From an uncultured Nitrososphaerales archaeon (GTDB lineage: Archaea; Thermoproteota; Nitrososphaeria; Nitrososphaerales; Nitrososphaeraceae), in NCBI GenBank assembly GCA_963709405.1, contig CAVPXM010000063.1, positions 196,128 through 260,127 on the forward strand: a stretch of DNA of 64,000 nucleotides, in the 5' to 3' direction. Below the pieces are notes generated by a model. It searched no databases. It saw only the letters and a list, made by a program, of their open reading frames with translations, and was not told where the DNA came from. Position numbers and translations under genes: made by a program. Shown here one piece after another: positions 41,792-52,418 of this stretch (positions are counted from its first letter, which is position 1; each line of letters opens with the position of its first letter).

Positions 41792-43426
41792 CTAACATAA
41801 TTTTATGGATCTGGCAAGAAGCAAGGCGCGTTTCTGATCTTCTTCAAAAATGTCGTTCTTCTCATATTTGCCATTAAAGTAGATAAGATCAATCATCTTA
41901 GAACGATCAATATTTACTACCGTGGTACCATTTCCCATCCCATTTGCAAAAGAATTCGTGAGTATTAGCAACTTGTCAACAAAACTTGAAGTTTTTACAG
42001 TATTAGCAATTTGTTCAAAATTCTTGACATGGTCCTTACTCATTACTACTGATACGGCAACTCTCGATCCTGAAGAGTCGTTGTAAATGATGTCTGCTCC
42101 TTCTCTTTTTTCAGAATCTGAGCTAAGTTCGGAAACAGAGCCAACATCGTGGGCACAATTTACAAGATTACGGATCGCATCTCGAACATCATCTTCTAAC
42201 TCCTTAAGGTCGTAGCAATCTTTTTTTATTCGTATAAATTCGGAAAGAGGGATGGACATAATACTGCCTCTTATTTTTAATCCCGGATAGACGTGCTTAA
42301 TAGTATCATCAATAGCTTGTTCGTCAATAATAGCACAATTTCTTTTCTGTGCCGCTTCGGTGGCATGATAGAATATATTGATCATCGATCTGACGTTTCT
42401 AAAGTCCGGAAATTCGTCGTAGATGACTTTAATTTTTGAAGAAAGATCCTTTTCATTTTCCTTTGAAAATTGTCGTCCATCATCGTGAAACCTGATATAC
42501 TCCAGAATAATATCATTCACTTCCTCGAATGTACTAGATCCCGCTAGGTCTATCTTGTAATTTGCTTTTTCTAGTCTATCAAATACAGAAGTATTAATTA
42601 ATCGTATACCCTCATAAGCGGACGGAGTCAAGTTCAGTGTAACGATACTACTTGGCAAATGCGCATTAATAACCGCCTTGATAACATCTAATGAGACTTT
42701 ATCACAATCAAATTCATCAATCTGAAATACCGTCAATTTCTTGAGAAACTTTAAATTCAATACGGCAATTGCAGATAAACTTGCAAGAGCATCCTCCAGT
42801 GTCTCCACGTTATATACGTCATCCCTTAGACGATGTCGCAGAATGGATATCGCTATATTACATTCAATCGTAGATAGCTCCTTCTTGAGTTGTTGATCAG
42901 CAGCAGTATAATCTGGGCTGATCCTATTTTCCAAAATCTGTCGAGCCTTGTAATGTATACCTCTACCAAAAAAAGAGTCGATGATACCGTATCTAAATAT
43001 TTTCTTCGCTCCCTTTACGTTATGCTCAGCTTCTTCTTCTAAGAAATAAATTATAGCTTTCCGTAGCTCAAGGATATCCTCTTCCCTAAAGCCTGCTAAT
43101 ATTGCATTATACAAACTTTGAACTGTTCGGGGGGAAATCTGAGATAGGTCAGTATAGGAAATAACTGATGTGTTCGATAGTTCAGCCAATCCTTTTATGT
43201 GCAAAGTTAAGTGGGTTTTACCAGATCCCACATCTTGAATTATCGTGATTAATCTTGAATCATTGTCTTGCAACCCACTATCAATTTTTGAGTACAGATT
43301 GTCGATGCAAGACAGTACTGCGGATTTCGCGTCTTTATGCCTTTTCCCACCAAGTACTAAGGAGTCTACCATCCTTGGTGTTGGACTACCATGATAAGGA
43401 TTTTGCTTCAATCCGTAGGGATACAT
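41792..43426 (-). CDS. Uncharacterised P-loop (AAA+/STAND-like) NTPase
   Basis: YGLKQNPY N-terminus, Walker A QDVGSGKT, Walker B VFQIDEFD, arginine-finger-like DRL. Confidence 0.75.
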   Translation of the reverse strand: MYPYGLKQNPYHGSPTPRMVDSLVLGGKRHKDAKSAVLSCIDNLYSKIDSGLQDNDSRLITIIQDVGSGKTHLTLHIKGLAELSNTSVISYTDLSQISPRTVQSLYNAILAGFREEDILELRKAIIYFLEEEAEHNVKGAKKIFRYGIIDSFFGRGIHYKARQILENRISPDYTAADQQLKKELSTIECNIAISILRHRLRDDVYNVETLEDALASLSAIAVLNLKFLKKLTVFQIDEFDCDKVSLDVIKAVINAHLPSSIVTLNLTPSAYEGIRLINTSVFDRLEKANYKIDLAGSSTFEEVNDIILEYIRFHDDGRQFSKENEKDLSSKIKVIYDEFPDFRNVRSMINIFYHATEAAQKRNCAIIDEQAIDDTIKHVYPGLKIRGSIMSIPLSEFIRIKKDCYDLKELEDDVRDAIRNLVNCAHDVGSVSELSSDSEKREGADIIYNDSSGSRVAVSVVMSKDHVKNFEQIANTVKTSSFVDKLLILTNSFANGMGNGTTVVNIDRSKMIDLIYFNGKYEKNDIFEEDQKRALLLARSIKLC

Positions 43427-43430
43427 ATTT

Positions 43431-44045
43431 TTAGATGCACCTCACAAAACCGTGCAGCAGGCCCCTAATCATCACACCCTCGTTTCCACCAGTGGAGAGC
43501 TCATACTTTTCACTATTTTTTTCAACTAGTTGCTTGACTAGAGTGTAAAAGTCATTGTCTGAGCAAATATGCTTGTTAGAGAGGTCCATTTTGATTTTCT
43601 CTAATTCTACCCATCCAATCGAATTCGAATTTTCTGCTATCGCATTATCAAATTCTTTTATGAATTCGGTTGTATCTACGGCTTCAGATCCTGCTTTAAT
43701 TATGAATGGCACTTGATCGTTGAGGCACTCGGATTCATTCGATCCGCTAAAAGAATTGGAAGCAGAAAGGGTAGAGTTTTGAACAGACTTTTCTAAGGAC
43801 TTTAACGAATCATAGATCAATCGAAATTTTGGGTCTGAGTTAAGCAGGCTCTGCAAATAATGCTCCTTATGCCAGCAATAGTAAGAAGTCCCTTTTTTTT
43901 CAACAAAGATATCACCGGTCGTTATTAATCTATATAATAATCCCTCAAGATCAAAGTCTATAAACAACTTACGTAATTCAGATTTTTTAATTCCATGAGG
44001 CCCTGCAGCAAGAATCTTTGCTATTACCTGCTCCTCAGTTGACAT
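43431..44045 (-). CDS. Hypothetical protein with probable winged-helix domains
   Basis: GIKKSELRK...LYRLITTGDIFVEKKG; C-terminal GWVELEKIK...GLLHGFVR; 4-bp gap to the ATPase. Confidence 0.65.
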   Translation of the reverse strand: MSTEEQVIAKILAAGPHGIKKSELRKLFIDFDLEGLLYRLITTGDIFVEKKGTSYYCWHKEHYLQSLLNSDPKFRLIYDSLKSLEKSVQNSTLSASNSFSGSNESECLNDQVPFIIKAGSEAVDTTEFIKEFDNAIAENSNSIGWVELEKIKMDLSNKHICSDNDFYTLVKQLVEKNSEKYELSTGGNEGVMIRGLLHGFVRCI

Positions 44046-44160
44046 GTGGATAAGCTTCAACATTCCTATATAAGACAGGAAGTAAGACATTGCTTAAGAT
44101 TTGATAAATTTCTTTAAACAAGTGAAGAAAAGGTATTAATATATTGAAAGTGACTATGTT

Positions 44161-44216
44161 TTGGATGATGAATACTCTATCTGAGTTGTGATGAAAGCAC
44201 TAGGGTATCTGACAAA
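44161..44216 (+). ncRNA. Box C/D guide sRNA candidate
   Basis: C ATGATGA 44165-71; D' CTGA 44181-84; C' GTGATGA 44188-94; D CTGA 44209-12; short terminal stem TTG/CAA; intergenic. Confidence 0.75.
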
Positions 44217-44338
44217 TCTCGTGGTATAACGGAAATCATCATACTACAAGTTCTATCTGGTGCTCTAACATAGATCCCACGGTTTATATCATATTCGTCC
44301 TGTCATTATCATCATCAACTCGTAGTCGGCCTTAAGAA

Positions 44339-46495
44339 CTAGAGAGTAGTAAATTCTTTGTGATTCTTGCCATTAACTTTTTTGATAACAACAAACATCC
44401 AAAAAATAGCTCCAATCCACCCAATCGTTACTAATATGTTAGATAAGCTTAGATATAAGTACGGGGTGATTTCTGCCAAATTGTCTTCTATAATCTTTAT
44501 CGACATGCGTAAATCCTGCAGTCCAGTATTATAAGAAGCAGTATCTACGTTAACGGTTGTAATCCTGTTCGCTCGTATTGTCATCTCATCTAGTTCATCA
44601 TGAATCAGGGTGAAATCCGTAGAAGGGTTTGGAAAAATCCAAACAGGATTACCCGAGATTGGCAATAACGACCTAACCATATTTAGATATTTGGCCATGG
44701 CTTGAGGACTTTGAGAAGCCTCGGCTCTTGATAGATAACCCAAGGCCTTTTCTGAGGGATAGATTGTATTTTGATACCCAATGTATGCTAAACCAACTCC
44801 AAAAGCTATGAATATTAGCATGGAGAATAAAATAATTTTGCTACGATCCAACCTCATGAGATTGCTAAGAGTATCCCTCCAACTTAATTTCTTCGATACA
44901 CTACTCAATTTAATGTTAGCATAAGTATCCTTACCTGGGGGAGCGTAATCAACTCCTCTCAGGGCAGTACGAATTGTTGGTTGCCTGAATGATGGGATGG
45001 CATTACGTGGAACATCACTGGATAAATCTTTGTTAAACGAATGAGCAATGCCCAAGTATACAACGTATGCAAACCCTAAAGTCTGTATTAGAATAAAAGG
45101 TACGAATATCGTGTTCCGCGAGATTATTGATATAAATACCGCTATACAGCCATAGATGCAGAAGAATGATTCTAAAAGTGTCGTTTTTGTGAAGGGCAGA
45201 GCATATGACTTATGTCTCCAATCATCTGTACGTTTTATAACTCCGAATTTTGGTGTTCTTAAAAATTCGTTTCTTTTGCCCACAAGTGCATCGAAGACAG
45301 CTATCGTATTGTTAATTGATATACCACTGGCAAACAATACCAAAAAGAAATATTGTTTTGCCTTTTCTTTCCACCTGGTACCCCAAATTCTTCGTATTAT
45401 GTAAATATAAGCTGCCGGCCCCATTAGTACATAAACCAGTATCCCAGCTATTGTTGCCCAAGAAACGGTGTGAAGATCATTCATTGATAGCAATAATGGA
45501 AAAATCAAGAACTGTACCAAGAATAGTGGATGGACGATATGTCGAGTTAACTGCATGAAAGCCTGAATTTTCGCCTCTAAAGAAATCTTCTTCCTAAACA
45601 ATAGATCAACCATTAACTTTAGCGATACCTGTGTCGATCCCTTTGCCCATCTAAACTGTTGCCGTTTCGCAGCGTTCATTTGAACTGGAAGTTCTCCGTA
45701 TACGACAGTATCTTCCAACAATAAACATTTCCATCCCCGCATTTGGGCTCGAAAACTCAAATCAAGGTCTTCTACTAGAGTACTTGTATGCCACCCACCT
45801 GCGTCTTCTATGCAGGCCGTCCGCCAGATCCCGGCTGTCCCGTTAAAATTCATAAAAAGATTTGTCATACTTTTTGCTTTCTGTTCAATTAAAAAATGAA
45901 GGTCGAGTGAAAATGCTTGAGCAGCGGTAAGGCTCGAATAATTTTCATTGAAATGTGCCCATCTACATTGGACAAACCCGACTTGTGAATCATAGAAATG
46001 TATCAACGTATCTCTAAGGAATGAAGATGAAGGAACAAAATCAGCATCGAATATGGCCACGTAGTCACCTTTGACACATCTCATACCGTCATTTAAGGCT
46101 CCCGCCTTGTAACCAGCACGCTCTTTGCCTCGATGCAAGTAAACGATTTCGAAACCTCGATCTTTGTACTTGTCGATCTCATTTCTTATCAATCCACCCG
46201 TATCATCATCTGAATCATCCAGAATTTGAATCTGCATTTTATCGTTCGGGTAATCCAAATTGCATACTGCATGAATTACACGCAATGCGACATATTTTTC
46301 GTTGTAAAATGGTAATTGAATAGTTACCATCGGCAGAATCGTAGAATTATGTTGATGAGACGAATTCCTGTACTTTTTATGCTTAGAATTGTGATCTGAC
46401 CGATAAACGAGATAATAAAAATTGAGCGCATATAGGCTCATTATCCAAGCCACTGACATAAAGATAATATATAAAAATATTTCTATGCCGAACAT
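44339..46495 (-). CDS. GT2 processive glycosyltransferase (cellulose-synthase-like, CslA/C type) with an extra C-terminal membrane domain
   Basis: QILDDS, GYKAGAL, FDADF, VEDLD, QQFRW; multiple TM helices. Confidence 0.9.
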   Translation of the reverse strand: MFGIEIFLYIIFMSVAWIMSLYALNFYYLVYRSDHNSKHKKYRNSSHQHNSTILPMVTIQLPFYNEKYVALRVIHAVCNLDYPNDKMQIQILDDSDDDTGGLIRNEIDKYKDRGFEIVYLHRGKERAGYKAGALNDGMRCVKGDYVAIFDADFVPSSSFLRDTLIHFYDSQVGFVQCRWAHFNENYSSLTAAQAFSLDLHFLIEQKAKSMTNLFMNFNGTAGIWRTACIEDAGGWHTSTLVEDLDLSFRAQMRGWKCLLLEDTVVYGELPVQMNAAKRQQFRWAKGSTQVSLKLMVDLLFRKKISLEAKIQAFMQLTRHIVHPLFLVQFLIFPLLLSMNDLHTVSWATIAGILVYVLMGPAAYIYIIRRIWGTRWKEKAKQYFFLVLFASGISINNTIAVFDALVGKRNEFLRTPKFGVIKRTDDWRHKSYALPFTKTTLLESFFCIYGCIAVFISIISRNTIFVPFILIQTLGFAYVVYLGIAHSFNKDLSSDVPRNAIPSFRQPTIRTALRGVDYAPPGKDTYANIKLSSVSKKLSWRDTLSNLMRLDRSKIILFSMLIFIAFGVGLAYIGYQNTIYPSEKALGYLSRAEASQSPQAMAKYLNMVRSLLPISGNPVWIFPNPSTDFTLIHDELDEMTIRANRITTVNVDTASYNTGLQDLRMSIKIIEDNLAEITPYLYLSLSNILVTIGWIGAIFWMFVVIKKVNGKNHKEFTTL

Positions 46496-46663
46496 ATTAC
46501 ATTCTATCCTAATCAGCCTGATATTGTGTTGTCCTTAAAATTGTACAATAGCAGAAGCTTATTAGTCTCTTTATCCAACAGGAATCATTTTTCTACCCGA
46601 AAATTCGATTTTCAAGTGCCGCAACAAATTGAATTGAGGATATCTAACATTATTTTGATTTGC

Positions 46664-47713
<1,050 letters not shown>

Positions 47714-47752
47714 TTATGATCTTAGAGGTAGAGGCTAAAAGTATTTCGATTC

Positions 47753-48058
47753 TTAATCATCAGGGCAGGTCATTTCTCTTATCTCACGGTATTTAGCATC
47801 GAGTCCCTCACCTACTTTGATTATGTCTTCTAGCAAATACCTACTTTTGGTAAAGTACCACCTTATACCTACTTTATGTCCAATGCCATCAATATCATAT
47901 ATCATTCCTTTGTCTGCTTCTGCACTATACCTATCATCATAACTCTTTTCCAGTACTTGAAGTCCTTTCTTGGTTTTATCTTCTAGCACGAAGGAGAGGC
48001 CGTCGTCGAAGATAGAATAAAATTGTCCTGTCTTTACAGGAATAGTCTGATCAGCCAT
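47753..48058 (-). CDS. Conserved hypothetical protein
   Basis: DKGMIYDIDGIGHKVGIRWYF...REMTCPDD; abuts the sulfurtransferase gene. Confidence 0.75.
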   Translation of the reverse strand: MADQTIPVKTGQFYSIFDDGLSFVLEDKTKKGLQVLEKSYDDRYSAEADKGMIYDIDGIGHKVGIRWYFTKSRYLLEDIIKVGEGLDAKYREIREMTCPDD

Positions 48059-48075
48059 TATCCTCTCAATTATGC

Positions 48076-48939
48076 CTATTTTTCAATTGGATTACCGATC
48101 ATGTTACCCCACTCTGTCCAAGAACCATCATAATTTCGAACTGAAGGGTATCCCAACAAGTACTTCAGGACAAACCAACTATGCGAGGACCTCTCTCCAA
48201 TTCTACAATAACAAATTACATGTTTATCAGATGTAACACCTTTTCCTTCATACAAGGTCTTCAATTCTAGAGCATTCTTAAACGTCCCGTCAACATCATT
48301 TACAGCTTGGGCCCAAGGAATGTTTTGAGCCCCCGGTATATGTCCACCCCTTTGAGCATGTTCTGAAGGATATTCAGGCGGAGCGGTGATTTCACCAGAA
48401 AATTCTTTAGGAGATCTGACGTCAACTAGAACAGATTCAGCTTTATTCATAACTCTGCTTACATCTGGTAAATATGCACGTATTCCTTCATCTATTGGTT
48501 GCGCAATATAACTAGAAGGTTCGTTATTAGGTTCGTCAGTAGCATATGGTCGCTTTTCCAATTCCCATTTTTTTCTACCTCCATTCATTATCTTCATGTT
48601 TGCATGCCCATAATATTTAAAAACCCAAAAAGCGAAGGCAGCAAACCAATTATTAAAGTCGCCGTATAGAACAACGGTGGAATCACTATTTGCTCCAACT
48701 CGAGACATCAACTTTTCGAAATCCTTTTTACTTATTATGTCTCGCCTGGTTCCATCATTAATATCCTTTTTCCACCAAACAAGATGTGCTCCAGGTAAGT
48801 GCCCCTTTCGATAGGCGTTTTCTGGATCATAGTCTACTTCTAGAATAATTATCGCAGGTTTACTATCTAATTTTGTTGCAACCCAATCGGTTTCGCACAG
48901 GACTTCTGGATGAGAGTATTTACTTAAACTTTGTGACAT
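48076..48939 (-). CDS. Thiosulfate sulfurtransferase (two-domain rhodanese)
   Basis: GHLPGA, YCRIGERSS active-site loop, NYDGSWTEW. Confidence 0.95.
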   Translation of the reverse strand: MSQSLSKYSHPEVLCETDWVATKLDSKPAIIILEVDYDPENAYRKGHLPGAHLVWWKKDINDGTRRDIISKKDFEKLMSRVGANSDSTVVLYGDFNNWFAAFAFWVFKYYGHANMKIMNGGRKKWELEKRPYATDEPNNEPSSYIAQPIDEGIRAYLPDVSRVMNKAESVLVDVRSPKEFSGEITAPPEYPSEHAQRGGHIPGAQNIPWAQAVNDVDGTFKNALELKTLYEGKGVTSDKHVICYCRIGERSSHSWFVLKYLLGYPSVRNYDGSWTEWGNMIGNPIEK

Positions 48940-49267
48940 AGGTTGGTTAACGTATGTACTGGTTAAAATAGTTATCAAATAGACACATACTTGGTCAATA
49001 GATTGCAATAAAGATTGTTATAAATCTTTAAAATGTTGCTTGTCATCATAAACTAGGATTCACGTCCTGTGATGATGGTTAGAGCTCGCTGAACAGCATA
49101 TCAATCTTAGATGTGCAATATGCTCAACGCTGGGATTAGTAGTAACGGATCCAAATTACAATTCACTGCTGATTTCCTGTTCTCATTTAATAGCCCTGTA
49201 TAATTAAAAGGCAACCAACAAGAAAAGAAAGATTAAATTAACATCTTATTCTGGCATATTCTACGGA

Positions 49268-49366
49268 GGGCCGGTAGTTTAGTCTGGTAGAATACCTGCC
49301 TTGCATGCATGTACTAATATGCAGAGGATACGTAGGTGGTCGTGGGTTCAAATCCCACCCGGTCCA
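49268..49366 (+). tRNA. tRNA-Ala(TGC) with a 25-nt intron
   Basis: Acceptor GGGCCGG/CCGGTCC with G3:U70; anticodon stem CCTGC/GTAGG; intron 49305-49329 (or 49306-49330). Confidence 0.9.
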
Positions 49367-50071
49367 TTATTAGGAGACGTACGGGAAGAGGTTTTCAATC
49401 CGCAAGTTTACGAAAATATTTTCAAAGTCTCTTGATACCTTCAGATTCTAATTCCATCTATTGAGGGCCCATTCTAATCCTCGGATCGCTTTCAGAATCA
49501 GGACAAGTTACATAGAGTGAAAAGACTGATACTTACTATGTCTCGCGCTCAAATGGTAAAGGAAATTTAGTAAATTAAAATATATACTTAGCTTTAAATA
49601 GAGCCCACCTCTTGAAGATAAGCCGCCTATTAAATGTCAGCTATTTTGGGAAAGACTCATCCGGCATTCATTTAGAGATAACAAAATTATTGTCATCTTC
49701 AACGCTGTAGGATTTTGAAAACTTAGGTAAGAAATATCATTTTGATGGCTAGTTGATTACTTGCGGGTCTTATTGAGTAGGATCAAAGACTTCGCAGAGC
49801 TCACATGAAATGAATAATCTGTGCCAGTCGCAGCATATCTACGAACTAGGTGGAAAATGAGAGGTTAATTATCTATTTATGAAGTGATTTTTTCATTTAA
49901 AGGGCTCCCCTTCATTGTCACGTTTAGCTATGAGAATGTGCAGACTATATTGTATAGGTATTTTTATAGATTCAAATAGTTGCTCGGTGGATTACAGTAA
50001 CAAATACTTGACTATTCTTCGAGCTCACTTTATGGTATTTTTAATATATTAACAAATCGTTGAGAAATTGG

Positions 50072-50477
50072 ATGCAACAACGACCATTTCTATCTATAGC
50101 TGCCAGTGATATCTTTCACATTATCGCTTATTATAAGCCTCTCAATCTGTTCACCTGAGGTTATAATGGCTGATAGCCGCGGTAGTCACAATAATCATGA
50201 TAAGAATTCGAATGATAGCAATCGCGGTAGTCACAATAATCATGATAAGAATTCGAATGATAGCAATCGCGGTAGTCACAATAATCATGATAAGAATTCG
50301 AATGATAGCAATCAACACAAATTAGACGTAGCAACATTAGGAAATCAGAATATAAACTGCATGGGAAGTTTTATGAATTGTCGAAATGAAATAACAAACA
50401 TCATATGCTCACAAGTTACATACTGTATTATAGGACAGGTTAGCCCTTTTTTGATGGTCAATCCTACGTCACCCTAA
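50072..50477 (+). CDS. Small secreted protein with three 15-aa His/Asn repeats and a Cys-containing C-terminus
   Basis: ORF 50106-50477; ATG 50072 joins it if one base near 50104 is removed, giving a full signal peptide. Confidence 0.6.
50178..50312 (+). repeat. 45-bp tandem repeat x3 (RGSHNNHDKNSNDSN)
   Basis: Identical units start at 50178, 50223 and 50268. Confidence 0.95.
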
Positions 50478-50631
50478 GGTAGTGATATCCATTGAATGTC
50501 AGATGCAGGTTGTCTACGAAATAGGGTAGCTAAAAAACGCTTGATTCCGATATAATCAATATATTTAGTTATCATCTCGCTATTAACCTTGATCCCTTAA
50601 TATTGGTAAGCCGATTTTTGTAACAGATGAG

Positions 50632-51303
50632 TTGTTGTTACCAAGATCAGTAATCTACTATGCGTTACCTGGGCTACAAGAAATGATCGCAGATAAGATT
50701 GTACAAGAATGTGAATGTACTAGAGTTAAAAATATCTGTGGAATAGACGTATCATATAGAGATAATCTTGCTTTCAGTACTGCAGTAGTAATGAATAGCA
50801 CTAAATTCGATGTGCTAGAGATGGTTGATTCGATGATGCCAGTTAAATTCCCATATATCCCAGGATTTTTTATCTTGAGGGAAGCAGGACCTGTTTTGTT
50901 TACGATGAGATTATTGAAGTACGATTATGACGTTTTGCTTTTGGACGGTCATGGAATGCTCCATCCTAGGAAGTGTGGCTTGGCTTCATTTATTGGTGTA
51001 TTGATTAATAAACCAACGATAGGAGTAGCAAAAAAACTGCTCTGCGGCGAGGTTATGCATGACTATTTTGTTAAGGTAAATGGAACAATTTGTGGTTTTA
51101 TGCATAAGAATAGCTCGAACAAGCATGTTTACATTAGTGTTGGAAATCGGATTTGCTTGGGAGATTCTATCCAACTCGTTAAGCAATCGACAAGGCAAGG
51201 GGAGATTATTCCTGAACCTCTAAGAATTGCTGATCTTCATTCAAAGTATATTTGTAGACGTTTCTTTCATGATTTGAGTCTAAAAACAGCCAAGCCTAAC
51301 TAA
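50632..51303 (+). CDS. nfi: Endonuclease V
   Basis: GIDVSY, PYIPGFFILRE, LDGHGMLHPR..GLA, IGVAKK, PEPLRIAD. Confidence 0.93.
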   Translation: MLLPRSVIYYALPGLQEMIADKIVQECECTRVKNICGIDVSYRDNLAFSTAVVMNSTKFDVLEMVDSMMPVKFPYIPGFFILREAGPVLFTMRLLKYDYDVLLLDGHGMLHPRKCGLASFIGVLINKPTIGVAKKLLCGEVMHDYFVKVNGTICGFMHKNSSNKHVYISVGNRICLGDSIQLVKQSTRQGEIIPEPLRIADLHSKYICRRFFHDLSLKTAKPN

Positions 51304-51326
51304 GGCCGTAAGAAATAAGTTGGAGG

Positions 51327-51632
51327 TTGCTTTACAGATTTGTATTGTCGTTCTTTGGAGGAGATCAGGGCGAGAAGGTTGACAAAAGTAAGTATGAACA
51401 TCTAACTATGGCCATTCGACAAACAGTTTTGGAAAGAGCACATAAAAGGTGCCAAAAATGTTCTATAAAATTTAGCGGTAGTGTTTCACCTCATTTTGAG
51501 CATATTAATGGTTCATTGAAAGATAACAGACCGATCAATCTACGTGCTCTTTGTCCCAAATGTTTTAAATTTGTAGAAAAGAAGGAGAATAGAAGAGGAA
51601 TATTAGGGACTATTCGAAACAAATTTTCATGA
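51327..51632 (+). CDS. HNH-like Zn-finger protein
   Basis: IRQTVLERAHKRCQKC...HFEHING...N...NLRALCPKC. Confidence 0.75.
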   Translation: MLYRFVLSFFGGDQGEKVDKSKYEHLTMAIRQTVLERAHKRCQKCSIKFSGSVSPHFEHINGSLKDNRPINLRALCPKCFKFVEKKENRRGILGTIRNKFS

Positions 51633-51978
51633 TCTAGAACTCAAGAAACTGTATTTGTGTTCTTCCGAACAAAACTGCTCTATCTTTGAAACTCCCCTAT
51701 TAGAATCACCCTCGACGTATGGCCACCCTTCACCCAAGAATGTTTTTCCACAATATGCACATGTTTTCTCCATTCAACCATATATCTGGTTCTGCTGCTT
51801 ATAGAAGTTTAACGAATTGCGTATTGTTATTGTCACTAACATTTGCCGGAGCAGGATATCTCTTTTCATCTCAAACTAAATATGATCTTGTATCGATTGA
51901 ATATCATCTAATGATTGTTGATAAAGTGTGCTAAAAAGGACAAACTCTATATTTTTCTAGTTTCGATCTATTATCATC

Positions 51979-52152
51979 ATGATGGTACAACAATTAATAT
52001 GTGATAACTGTAACAGAGTGTTACTAGAAAAACAAGGCCAAAGCGAACTCGATGAGGGAAAGTTTCCAATAACTCAGCAAGAAGCGATGGTTATTGACAG
52101 AGAGCATCGAGGACACCAATGTCACATTGATGTAGTAGAAAAATATGAATAA
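51979..52152 (+). CDS. Small putative Zn-binding protein (57 aa), absent from the ORF track
   Basis: MMVQQLICDNCNRVLLEK...FPITQQEAMVIDREHRGHQCHIDVVEKYE (CxxC...HxxH). Confidence 0.75.
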   Translation: MMVQQLICDNCNRVLLEKQGQSELDEGKFPITQQEAMVIDREHRGHQCHIDVVEKYE

Positions 52153-52418
52153 AAAAGGTCGGTTAGATATAGGTGTTATTCAGGTAATGTACTATGAGGC
52201 TGTGTTAACTTAAAGGAATGGCAGCTAGATATCGCTAGCGATTTCATGCTTGGATTAGAGCAATCTTTCCTATAGCATTCCAAGTTAACAGCACCTACTA
52301 TGACGATGTTAAGGTGTTGAATGAGGACTGGAGCATTTATTATATCTACCAACGTCGTGTGAACACCGCTAGTATTGACAAACAGTCATATCTAGCCAAT
52401 ATTAAATAAACACCAAAA

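Noticed and set aside
52299-52350. C/D-like pattern ATGACGA...TTGA-ATGAGGA
   Set aside because: No terminal D box or stem
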